Source: Ranitomeya imitator (taxonomy: Eukaryota). From it: 64,000 nucleotides of DNA. Location: positions 218,550,001 to 218,614,000 of the forward strand of contig NC_091282.1 in assembly GCF_032444005.1 (NCBI RefSeq), in the 5' to 3' direction. The notes beneath the pieces are model-generated. The model saw nothing but the letters and a program-made list of their open reading frames with translations, was not told where the DNA came from and did not search any database. Position 1 is the stretch's first letter, and every line of letters starts with the position of its first letter. This document shows positions 51,790 through 63,157 of the stretch, piece by piece. The position numbers and the translations under genes were made by a program.

Positions 51790-54683
51790 CACTTTGCCCT
51801 TCAAATAGCCTATGTTGTAGCCAACGCTTTGCTGTGGTACAACTGGATGGCTGTAGTGGTGGTAAAGGTTTATGCCGCTACAGCCATCCATGCTTGTTTG
51901 TCATTAGACCCAGACCACTTGGAGAGAGCGTAAAATGTTCCTGAAACATTCCCTTCTACAGCTTTCGACTGTGAAGAAGAATTTTCCAGCCTGCCACTTA
52001 TTGACCCAGAAGAGGCACAGGATACTGAAACTCCCGAGATGCCTGCTCCATTGAACCTGGGCGTGTTCCCGCCCTCGCCCACTCAACCTGACTCCACTAC
52101 TCAACTTGACTCGGCTACTCAACCTGACTTGCGCCGCACAGAAAGAATAACAGCTGGAATACCACCCAACCATTACGACCAAGACTAATTTATTTGGCAG
52201 AGAATCATCCAAGAAATGGAGGAGTGTCAACGTTAACTGCAAGAACTCTCAACCGTGGAATGGTGAGCTAAAGGAGAGAGGGCATGTAAGGAGGAGAACT
52301 GGGCTTTGGGTACCTGTTCTGTGCCGAGTCAGGAACTGTCAGGGCTGTCTCCAATGTTGTCCAGGGGAAAGAGAAAGAGACCGGACAGACCTTTGCACTC
52401 GGAAGCTGGGGGTGTGGCTAAGTGGCAGCATCCACAGCACTCGCAGAAGCAGTCAGTCTTGGCAGGAACAGGCAGCGCGCAGCACAGGGAGAGAAGTGCT
52501 CTGTCCCTGAAGCACCGAGACTGTGCCGGCCCATGTCCGTGTACTCCTACCATCACCCACGGGGATTCTAGAGAGAGAAGTGTTCCCCTGTAGCTGGCAG
52601 AGTGTGAGGTGGCATGTGCTTCGTGACCGTGAGTACAGCACACGTGCCGCATAGAGAAAACCAGGTACTGGACAGACATTTGCAGCCCACCTTGCCAGTA
52701 TATACCTGTTCGCTCACATTGAAAACTGATAGTGAGGCGGCCTTGTTTGTTCTGGCCACATATACTAGGGGCTCAGCGGAAGGTGTCGGAGACCGACTGC
52801 TGCCGCCATAGGATGGACCACCGTTACTAACAGAACCTGTTTGGACCAGCACCGCACCAGTCGTTGTTGGCACTAATAAGTAGTATCTGCAGTCTGAGGA
52901 ACTTCTGGCATGATAACTGTAAAAAAGAACTGCCGTTACCTTGCTCATGAACTCTGGATATCCTTAGCAATTTGATTGTAACATAGTAACATAGTTAGTA
53001 AGGCCGAAAAAAGACATTTGTCCATCCAGTTCAGCCTATATTCCATCATAATAAATCCCCAGATCTACGTCCTTCTACAGAACCTAATAATTGTATGATA
53101 CAATATTGTTCTGCTCTAGGAAGACATCCAGGCCTCTCTTGAACCCCTCGACTGAGTTCGCCATCACCACCTTCTCAGGCAAGCAATTCCAGATTCTCAC
53201 TGCCCTAACAGTAAAGAATCCTCTTATATGTTGGTGGAAAAACCTTCTCTCCTCCAGACGCAAAGAATGCCCCCTTGTGCCCGTCACCTTCCTTGGTATA
53301 AACAGATCCTCAGCGAGATATTTGTATTGTCCCCTTATATACTTATACATGGTTATTAGATCGCCCCTCAGTCGTCTTTTTTCTAGACTAAATAATCCTA
53401 ATTTCGCTAATCTATCTGGGTATTGTAGTTCTCCCATCCCCTTTATTAATTTTGCTGCCCTCCTTTGTACTCTCTCTAGTTCCATTATATCCTTCCTGAG
53501 CACCGGTGCCCAAAACTGGACACAGTACTCCATGTGCGGTCTAACTAGGGATTTGTACAGAGGCAGTATAATGCTCTCATCATGTGTATCCAGACCTCTT
53601 TTAATGCACCCCATGATCCTGTTTGCCTTGGCAGCTGCTGCCTGGCACTGGCTGCTCCAGGTAAGTTTATCATTAACTAGGATCCCCAAGTCCTTCTCCC
53701 TGTCAGATTTACCCAGTGGTTTCCCGTTCAGTGTGTAATGGTGATATTGATTCTTTCTTCCCATGTGTATAACCTTACATTTATCATTGTCAAACCTCAT
53801 CTGCCACCTTTCAGCCCAAGTTTCCAACTTATCCAGATCCATCTGTAGCAGAATACTATCTTCTCTTGTATTAACTGCTTTACATAGTTTTGTATCATCT
53901 GCAAATATCGATATTTTACTGTGTAAACCTTCTACCAGATCATTAATGAATATGTTGAAGAGAACAGGTCCCAATACTGACCCCTGTGGTACCCCACTGG
54001 TCACAGCGACCCAGTTAGAGACTATACCATTTATAACCACCCTCTGCTTTCTATCACTAAGCCAGTTACTAACCCATTTACACACATTTTCCCCCAGACC
54101 AAGCATTCTCATTTTGTGTACCAACCTCTTGTGCGGCACGGTATCAAACGCTTTGGAAAAATCGAGATATACCACGTCCAATGACTCACCGTGGTCCAGC
54201 CTATAGCTTACCTCTTCATAAAAACTGATTAGATTGGTTTGACAGGAGCGATTTCTCATAAACCCATGCTGATATGGAGTTAAACAGTTATTCTCATTGA
54301 GATAATCCAGAATAACATCCCTCAGAAACCTTTCAAATATTTTACCAACAATAGAGGTTAGACTTACTGGCCTATAATTTCCAGGTTCACTTTTAGAGCC
54401 CTTTTTGAATATTGGCACCACATTTGCTATGCGCCAGTCCTGCGGAACAGACCCTGTCGCTATAGAGTCCCTAAAAATAAGAAATAATGGTTTATCTATT
54501 ACATTACTTAGTTCTCTTAGTACTCGTGGGTGTATGCCATCCGGACCCGGAGATTGTTTATCCCCTTGTTTACCCCTTCATCTCCCTGCGAGGAGTTAAC
54601 CCCCTCTTCACTTAAAACAGCAACAAAAATTGTTAACCCTTGCTCTGCCTCCTGTCTGTCACTGCATCCCGACCCTGCTTACA
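51790..54683 (+). mobile_element. 3' end of a Gypsy element (integrase C-terminus, PPT, 3' LTR 52285-54683 split by CR1)
   Basis: ...QPDLRRTERITAGIPPNHYDQD stop. PPT aaaggagagagggca. LTR termini TGTAAG (52285) and CTTACA (54683). Left boundary approximate. Confidence 0.75.
52979..54551 (-). mobile_element. 5'-truncated CR1 LINE, near-identical to 20233-21684
   Basis: ORF 53084-54421 differs from 20338-21675 at about 8 of 445 residues by eye. Octamer tail. GATTG on both flanks. Confidence 0.95.
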
Positions 54684-56713
54684 CTCGGACTGGCTGTAGG
54701 CTCTCTTGACCCAATCATGAAAGCAGTTGTCTCTATGCAGCTCTCATGCTCTCGGCGGGAGAGCCGACGGTAAGTCCGAACATTGCCTTGCGATCCTCAT
54801 TCGAGTTCTACAGCCATTTAATTCTTCCCTAAGGATAGGTTATAAGTATCATAGTTAAAACTGGCTAAATAAATTGTATGAATGGATGTCTCATAAAACT
54901 CAACGAAAATAATTGTGGCCATATTGGCAACTGAATTTTTTAAGGGTTAATCTGTTTGCTAATTGTTTATATTGTCTATATTGTTTATATTTTCCTTTCT
55001 ATTTAATTTTACTTTTCTTTTTCAGACAGGGCTATTTCATCAAGTCAAGATCTTTCTATACGTTCATAGGAATTCATGAACGTGGGTCAGCCACATTACT
55101 AGCTATAGATGACAGATGTCTGTTGAATGAATGTCTGTTGGCTCTTGGGTTAGTCGACCCAGTTTATCTATAAATTAGACATATGGCCAGGTAAAGCTTT
55201 TGCTGGAAAAAAGACCTGATTTATTGGGGTTTCTCATGCTATACCTATGCCGATCAGCAGATTATAGACTGCTTCTATATAAAAAAAATTCTGATATGCT
55301 ATAAAAAAAAATAGTCTAATATTACTAAAAATAGTGATCAGTCCAGTTTGAAACTTTTCTGGAAAAAGATATTGCAATTGTAGATCAACTATGGGACGCT
55401 CACAGTGATTCACTTTGTTAACTCCATTCACACATACAGTACATAAAATAAACTGGAGCAGCAAATGATCATCATGTTTCATTACAGATATTTCCTTTTT
55501 TATTAGAGTTGCTTTTAGGGACTTCATCTCTTGGCAGAATAGAAATCATAAAGATACAATAAAAAATTATAGAATTACAACACAAGACACATTCATTTTG
55601 AAAGAATATAGATTTTTTTGCAATGCAGATCTCACTTTTGAAACGTGTCTCTTTTCAACCTACAAACACCAAGATAATAAAGAGACCTTTAACTGTTCCG
55701 GCAGTGCAATGACTGTCTACCGTCTACATCACAGAAATATTTCTACATGTATCTTATCGAAAATATTTCTATATGGAAAATTGACAAATGGAAAAGCGAA
55801 GCAATAACATCTAACAAAGTCACAAAAGGTCTAACATGCAATTTGGCTTTGACGTGTTTTACAATAGATGAACCATTACTAAATAGGAAAAATTAATTCA
55901 GAAAAAAAAGATTGCTGGACTGAACTACACATAATCACTCCGTCTGTTAAATGCAACCAAACCACTGAGCATTATGGCTTTCTAATGTATTCGCATTAAG
56001 TTGTCTTAAATATGACAAAGTACTAAAATATAAAAACTATTTCACATCTAGGCTAAAATAAAGGAAGCTTTATTACATTTCCATAAAAAAATATTAGTTC
56101 AATATTAGGATATTGTGATGTTCTGAATGGTAAGTTTAAGTAGAAATTAAATTTTGACCTTCGCAAGCCCCTTACGATTCGACACAAATAGTGATTACGT
56201 GGGTCATCGAAAAATATTAATATAAAGCATGCACTGTTTTCCTGCATAAAACGGTAAGTCTGGAGCTTCTGTAATGTTGCCAGTCATTAGTTACTGCTCA
56301 GCCCTCTGTCTCCAGCCCGGAAATTAGTCTGCAAGGACTTCAGATAGCTGAGAAACCAGTCAGGATTTATCATACAGCTAAGGAGAAGAGGCCTTCTGCA
56401 GGGAAATTACATATGTTCAAAATTAAGAAAAAAATCCTCTGTTAAAAAGAGAGTAGATTACAACATTTCACAATCCGGAGATAGAGATAAACAGGGCTCT
56501 GCTAAGTAGACATTGATGGCAAAAACAAAGGACATTCAATCAACAGATGATTATCAAGCATATACAATGAGCTATCACAAACAATCCAAACTAAGGTAGT
56601 CTGAGGACAGCATACACAATGTCAGTGTGAAGCACGGTCACACCAGTAATGCTGATCATTTCACTGTTAAACTGGAACGAATTCCCAATATATACACTTT
56701 ATTCAACATTCAA

Positions 56714-57093
56714 GGTATGTGCACATGTCAGGAGTTCTTGCAGAAATTTTCCTGACAAAAACCGGACATTTCTGCCAGAAATCCCCATGCGTTTTTTTTG
56801 CGTTTTTTTCATGCGTTTTTGATGCATTTTTGACACGTTTTTGGTGCTTTTTTTGTGCGTTTTTTCCAAATGCATAGAATAGCGGGAAAAACGCAGAAAA
56901 TCCGCAAACTTAATGAATATGCTGCTTTTTTTACCGCGATGCGTTTTTTTCGCGGAAAAAACGCATCGTGTGCACAAAACATGCAGAATGCATTCTAAAT
57001 GATAGGATGCATAACGTATGCGTTTTTAATGAGTTTTTATAGCATTTTTATCGCAAAAAAATGCAAAAAAAACCTGAACGTGTGCACATAGTC
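56714..57093. mobile_element. Harbinger-like MITE
   Basis: Imperfect TIR ggtatgtgcacatgtcagg / cctgaacgtgtgcacatagtc. Internal (tgcgttttt)-type repeats. Confidence 0.7.
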
Positions 57094-57200
57094 TTACAGT
57101 CCAAGTTTGTAAAATTTTCTAAATATTATATAAAAAAGAGAAATTGAGCAACAAACAAAGTCTTAAAGATTATGGCAAAGTCGGTCAGGCATTAAGGAAA

Positions 57201-57398
57201 TCTACTATATAATTGTCTAAGGGTCACTTTCGTCTTTCTGTCTGTCACGGAAATCCCAAGTCGCTGATTGGTCGCGGTCAAATGCCCACAACCAATCAGC
57301 GACGGGAACAGTGTGGCCGCGAAATGGCCACTCCCTACTCCCCTTCCATCAGTGCCCGCTCCATACTCCCCTCCAGTCAGTGCTCACACAGGGTTAAT
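57201..57398 (+). mobile_element. 5' fragment of the same Helitron family as 27754-29284
   Basis: A|TCTACTATATAATTGTC start. Reverse complement of 29078-29284. Breaks off where the retrozyme-like repeat starts. Confidence 0.85.
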
Positions 57399-57923
57399 GC
57401 ATGTAGAAAAGCCGCGGAGACACCATCACGTGTTTCTCGACGCAAGCAATAAATAGCCAGGTCTTTCACCGGGAAGGAACAACCACGGGAAGGGCAGCAT
57501 CCAAAAAGGAAAACCACCTATGCCAAAACATGGTATCCACAGATAGCTGTTTCGGGGTATTTGCCCCTCATCAGTGTGGAGTAGGAAACTGTCTATTAGG
57601 AGCAGTGCCTAGTAAAAGAACTATAAACATAAGGATGAATGACCTCGGGGAGATCAAAACATCCAACACCGCGGAGACACCATCACGTGTTTCTCAACGC
57701 AGTGATCCAGAACACTGCTCCCATCCCTTATGGAAAATATGCAAATGCATGTAGAAAAGCCGCGGAGACACCATCACGTGTTTCTCAACGCAAGCAATAA
57801 ATAGTCAGGTCTTTCACCGGGAAAGAACATCCACTGGAAGGGCAGCATAGGTGGTTTTCCTTTTTGGATGCTGCCCTTCCCGTGGTTGTTCCTTCCTGGT
57901 GAAAGACCTGGCTATTTATTGCT
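57396..57923 (-). repeat. Satellite-2/retrozyme-like repeat: one 348-bp unit, a 105-bp partial second unit and an inverted 75-80-bp fragment
   Basis: aatgcatgtagaaaagccgcgg at 57396 and 57744. 57849-57923 is the reverse complement of about 57445-57519. Confidence 0.8.
57536..57580 (-). ncRNA. Type I hammerhead ribozyme motif (minimal stem III, dimer-type)
   Basis: UCCACA CUGAUGA GGGG caaaua CCCC GAAA CAGCUA UC UGUGGA: 6-bp stem I, full core, 4-bp G:C stem II, near-palindromic stem III. Predicted cleavage between 57542 and 57541. Confidence 0.85.
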
Positions 57924-57926
57924 AGC

Positions 57927-59104
57927 AACATCATGCATTGGGGATGTTTCTCTGCAAAGGGACAAGGACTAGGGTTGAGCGACTTTTCTTTTTATAGGAT
58001 CGGGTCGGGTTTCACGAAAACCGACTTTTTCAAAAGTTGGGTCGAGTGAAATCGGCCGATCCTATAGAAAAGTCGGGGTCGGCCGAAACACGAAACCCAA
58101 TGCAGTGCATGGGCATGACACGCGACCAATCACAAGCCGCGACGTCATCTAAGGTCCTTCAGGCACTGATTCTTAGGAAGGAAGCGTCCGAGGGCGCGTC
58201 CGAGGGTGAGTATAGGAAGGCTGCCGGTGAGAACCAGGGCGCGTCCGAGGGTGAGTATATCAATATTTTTTTATTTTTATTCTTTATTTTACACTTAAAT
58301 ATGAATTCCGATACCGATTCCCGATATCTTAAACATATCGGAACTCGGTATCGGAATTCCGATTCCAGATCAGAAGATCGCCGACCTCATGGCCGACCCC
58401 ACACAGGGGTCGGGTCGGGTTTCATGAAACCCGACTTTGCCAAAAGTCGGTGACTTCTGAATCTGGCCGACCCGTTTTGCTCAACCCTAACCAGGACGAC
58501 TGATCCGTGTACATGAAAGATGAATGGGGCCATGTATCCTGAGATTTTGAGTGCAAACCTCCTTCCATCAGCAAGGGCATTGAAGATGAAATGTGGATGG
58601 TTCTTTCAGCATGATCACACCACCAGGGATATGAAGGATTGGATTTGCAAGAAGCATAAGAAGGTTCTGGAGTGGCCTAGCGAGTCTCCAGTTCTCAACC
58701 CCATAGAAAACGTTTGGAGGGAGTTGAAAGTCTGTGTTGCCCAGCGACAGGTCCAAAACATCAATGCTTTAGAGGAGATCTGCATGGAGGAATCTGCCAA
58801 CATACCACCAGCAGTTTGTGCCAACCTTGTGAAGACTTACAGAAAACGTTTCACTTCTGTCATTGCCAACATAGGATATGTAACAAAATATTGAGATGAA
58901 CTTTTGTTAATGACCAAATACTTATTTTCCGCCATAATTTGAAAAATAAATCTTGCCAAATCAGACAAGGTGATTTTCTGGATTTGTTCTCTCATTTTGA
59001 CTCTCATAGTTGTGGTATACCTATGATGTCAATTACAAGCCTCATCTTTTTAAGTGGGAGAACTTGCACAATTGGTGGCTGACTAAATACTTTTTTCCCC
59101 ACTA
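57927..59104 (+). mobile_element. Tc1 3' fragment (transposase C-terminus 58520-58894) interrupted by a hAT MITE
   Basis: [17 protein letters not shown]. Terminal aaatacttttttccccact followed by ATA. Confidence 0.88.
57970..58489. mobile_element. hAT-like MITE related to 11278-12041
   Basis: TAGGGTTGAGCG / GCTCAACCCTA. 8-bp TSD ACAAGGAC / ACCAGGAC with 1 mismatch. Confidence 0.88.
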
Positions 59105-59206
59105 TATACAGTCTGGTGTAGTTATCTACCTCGGTATCACACAACCAGGTGCACTACAGTGTTCTGAACACTATTTGATTTATTTCGTATATACTTCAGT
59201 CCTTAA

Positions 59207-59626
59207 AGGGAATTTGTCAGCAGGTTTTTGTTATATAATCTGAGGACAGCACAAGGTAGTTTTTTAAACCTGTACTGTAATTCCATGATGTGTCACATGT
59301 CAGGCTTTGTGCTGTTGTTTGCGTACAGTGAAGGTTTTATCACCTGGTGATTATCATTGCTATGACTAGCTAGTGCTCCTTTTCAAATCTGAGTCTGCCT
59401 TTTTATGTAAAAATCAGGTCACTTCCTATAGACTGTGTAGACATAGAGCCTGGTGTGGGCAGGGTCAACATTCTTAGATCTGCTGCATTTCTAAATCTAA
59501 AATCTCTGATTGTGTTAGGCTGGCTGCACCCAGTAAACTAAATGATGCATCGTTGGATTTATTGTCTCTTTGCCTACATCATGCTGATCTCAGAAGAGGT
59601 AGCAAAAATCTGCTGACAGATTTCCT
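59207..59626. mobile_element. Kolobok/T2-like MITE
   Basis: TTAA|AGGGAATTTGTCAGCAG...CTGCTGACAGATTTCCT|TTAA. Confidence 0.85.
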
Positions 59627-59630
59627 TTAA

Positions 59631-60244
59631 CCTTTTCTTCACCCAAGCCTGTTTCCACTTTCATGACCAGGCCAAATTTTACAATTCTGACCAGTGTCAT
59701 TTTATGTTATAATGCTTCAACGGATACCACTGATTCATTGATTCTTCATGACATATTGTACTTCATGATAGTTGTAAAATTTGTCCAATAAGACCATGAG
59801 AAAAATATTGGAAATTTGGCCAAAAATTTGGAAAATTTACCAATTTTCAAACTTTTAATTTTTATGCCCTTAAACCATAGAATTATGACACATAAAATAG
59901 TTCAGAAATAACATTTTCCACATGTCTACTTTACACCAGCACAATTTTTGAAAGATGATTTTTTTCTTGTTAGGAAGTTAGAAGAGTTAACAGTTGACCA
60001 GCAATTTTTCATTTTTCCAACAAAATTTACAAAACCATCTTTTTAGGAAACACATCACATCAGAAGTTAATTTGACGAGCCTATATGACAAAAAAATGTC
60101 CAATATTTACAACATTTTAAAAAATGCACCCATCAAGGTGCACAAAGCCATGTTCAAGAATTTTATTAACCTTTCAGGTGTTTCACAGGAATTAATGGAA
60201 TGTGGAAGGAAAAAAAATGAAATGTAACTTTTTTTCACAAAATG
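59631..60244. mobile_element. piggyBac-like non-autonomous fragment
   Basis: Starts at the shared TTAA. Sequence is the inverse of the right end of 60249-63153. Confidence 0.6.
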
Positions 60245-60346
60245 TTAACCCATTCCCGACCTATGACGCAGCATATACGTGATGAAAGTCGGTGTCAATC
60301 CATCCTGTGACGCAGCGTATGAGTCATGGTGGGATCGCATTCTTTA

Positions 60347-60428
60347 GTTACATAGTTATTAAGGTTGAAGGAAGATTTTAAGTCCATCTAGTTCAACCCA
60401 TAGCCTAACCTAACATGCCCTAACATGT
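60347..60428 (-). mobile_element. Very short CR1-type 3' tail insertion
   Basis: tagttacatagttattaaggttgaaggaaga...gtccatctagttcaacc, similar to the other CR1 tails. Confidence 0.65.
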
Positions 60429-62706
60429 CGGGTGAAATGGTTAACTAAAATTTCACCTGACCTGCAGGAACAGGGGGACTTGTACTTGAGCCCAGGGAAG
60501 TGGTTTTGCCCCCCCTGGCTATGATCGCTCTGGTGACCACTTTGTCACCACCCCCCAGATCAGATTGGAGCTAGCATCCATGTGACGCTATCTCTCCATT
60601 CAGATATGGAGGGGCGGGGAAAACCATGGCTGTCTCGCTGTCCAGCTTGATGCCGTCCGTGGAATCTGAACAGCGAGGTGCCTGCTTGCTGCTCTGCCAC
60701 ATACCACAATCGCCGCCGCTATCACCGCCACGTATTTCCCACTGTTGCCCTCCGCTCTCCCCGCTATCCGATTCCATGCTCCCGACCTCTGCTCCCTCCC
60801 CCCTGCCCCGGTGATCACCCCTTGATCACACCCTCCTGTGGCTGCTGCCGGTTCCATCTCCTCCATCTGCTGCTGCATCTCCTGAGCCTCCTAAGCCTGA
60901 CAGCCCCCTCCTGCCCCCGGTGATCACCCCGTCCCAGTGATCACCCCTCTATTGCCCCCTGCCCCACTGATCTCCCCCTGCCTTGCTGGCTCCCCCTGCC
61001 CCGCTGATCTCCCCTCTGCCCTGCTGATCTCCCCCTGCCCCGCTGATCTCCCCTCTGCCCCACTGATCTCCCCCAGCCCAGCGGATCTCCCCCAGCCCAG
61101 CGGATCTCCCCCTGCCCAGCGGATCTCCCTTCACCCCGCTGATCTGCCCCTTCCCCAGTTTTCCCATTAGGGTTAGAGTTGGGCAAAAGTGAGTTGGGCT
61201 AAAGCTAGGGTTAGGGTTGGGGCTAAAGTTAGGGTTGGGATTAGGGTTAAGGTTGGGATTAGGGGTAGGGCTAGGATTAGGGTTGGGATTAGGGGTAGGG
61301 TTAGGGTTAAAGTTGGGATTAGGGGATGGGTTAGGATTAGGATTAGGGTTGGGATAAGGTTTAGGGGTGTGATAGGTTTAGGGTTGAAGTTAGAATTGGG
61401 GGGTTTCCACTGTTTAGGCACATCAGGGGCTCTGCAAACAGGACATGATGCCCGCAGACCATTCCATCAAAGTCTGCAATCCAAAACGTCACTACTTCTC
61501 TTCTGAGCCCCGACGTGTGCCCAAACAGTGGTTTATCCCCAGAAATGGGGTATCAGCATGCTCATGACAAACTGGACAACAACTTTTGGGATCCAATTTC
61601 TCCTATTACCCTTGTGAAAATAAAAAATTGGGGGCTAAAAAATAATTTTTGAGGAAAAAAATGACTTTTTATTTTCACGGCTCTGCGTTATAAACTTCTT
61701 TAGTTCCTTGGGAGGTCTAGATTCCAAAATGGGATCACTTGTGTGGGAGCTCCAATGTTAGACACACAAGGGCTCTCCAAACACGTTATTGTGTCCACTA
61801 GCGATTGGAGCTAATTTTCCATTCAAAAAGTCAAATGGCGCTCCTTCCCTTCCGAGTTCTGCCGTGCTCCCAAACAGTGGTTTACTGCCACATATAAGGT
61901 ATGGGTGTACTCAGGAGAAATTTCCCAGCACATTTTAGGATCCATTTTATCCTGTTGCCTATGTGAAAATGAAAAAATTGAGGCTAAAAGAAAATGTTTG
62001 TGAAAAAAAAAGTACTTTTTCATTTTTATGGATCAATTTGTGAAGCACCTAGGGGTTCAAAGTGCTCACTATGCATCTAGATAAGTTCCTTGGGGGTCTA
62101 GTTTCCAAAATTGGGTCACTTGTGGGGGAGCTCCAATGTTTAGGCACACAGGGGCTCTCCAATCGCGACATGGTGTCCGCTAATGATTGGAGTTAATTTT
62201 CCATTCAAAAAATCAAATGGCGCTCCTTCCCTTCTGAGCCCTGCCGTGCATCCAAACAGTGGTTTATGCCAACATATGAGGTTTCACCGTACTCAGGACA
62301 AATTGGACAACCACTTTTTGGGTCCAGTTTCTCCTTTTACCCTTGGGAAAATAATAAAAATTGTTGTTAAAATATCATTTTTGTGACTAAAAAGTTAAAT
62401 GTTATTTTTTTCCTTCCATGTTGCTTCTGCTTCAGTGAAACACCTGAAGGGTTAATAAACTTCTTGAATGTGGTTTTGAGCACCTTCAGGGGTGCAGTTT
62501 TTAGAATGGTGTCACTTTTGGGTATTTTCAGCCATATAGACCCCTCAAACTGACTTCACATGTGAGGTGGTCAATAACACAAATGGGTTTGAAAATTTTG
62601 TTGTAAAAATGAGAAATCGCTGGTCAACTTTTAACCCTTATAACTTCCTAACAAAAGAAATTTTGTTTAAAAATGTGTGCTGATGTAAGGTAGACATGTA
62701 GGAAAT

Positions 62707-62852
62707 GATGTTCAGGACCCGTAGAAGCGCAGTTGTGCGAAACGGCCGTCGTTCTTCTGTTCCACGTTCTCCCTTTAGTTACCTGCACATGTTCTGATTA
62801 AAGGATTGTCAACTACAGGACCGGTGAGTGCACTTCTATTTTTTCTTCGTTT
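62707..62852 (+). mobile_element. 146-bp Penelope-type insertion with a hammerhead variant (62714-62755)
   Basis: Flanked by GGAAAT on both sides and interrupts the host element. Hammerhead-like motif, ATTAAA, then GGTGAGTGC. Confidence 0.75.
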
Positions 62853-63157
62853 GGAAATTATTATTTATTAACTAGTTTGTGTTACATAACTCTCTGGTTC
62901 AGCAGAATAAAAATTAAAATTTGAAAATTGCAAAATTTTAAAAATTTCCGCCAAATTTCCAATTTTTTCACCAATAAACGCAAAAATTATCTACCTAAAT
63001 TTTTGACTACCATGAAGCCCAATATGTCATGAAAAAAAAATCCCAGAATCGTTAGGATCTGTTGAAGCCTTCCTGAGTTATTACCTCATAAAGGGACATT
63101 GGTCAGAAATGCAAAAAAATGGCCAGGTCAAAATAGGCTGGGTCATGAAGGGGTTAA

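Larger units (their letters stand above)
60249..63153. mobile_element. piggyBac-like non-autonomous element with a C-rich minisatellite (60781-61155) and a telomere-like tract (61167-61395)
   Basis: TTAA|CCCATTCCCGACC...GGTCATGAAGGGG|TTAA. Internal duplication (61520-61800 vs 61880-62180 vs 62240-62380). Confidence 0.8.

Noticed and set aside
52568-52948. 126-aa ORF region, including a GPNR-containing alternative frame reminiscent of fibrillin EGF
   Set aside because: Lies inside the 52285-54683 LTR; cysteine spacing and splice sites do not fit.
60571-61506. G/P/R-rich ORFs
   Set aside because: Translations of the C-rich minisatellite and the telomere-like tract.
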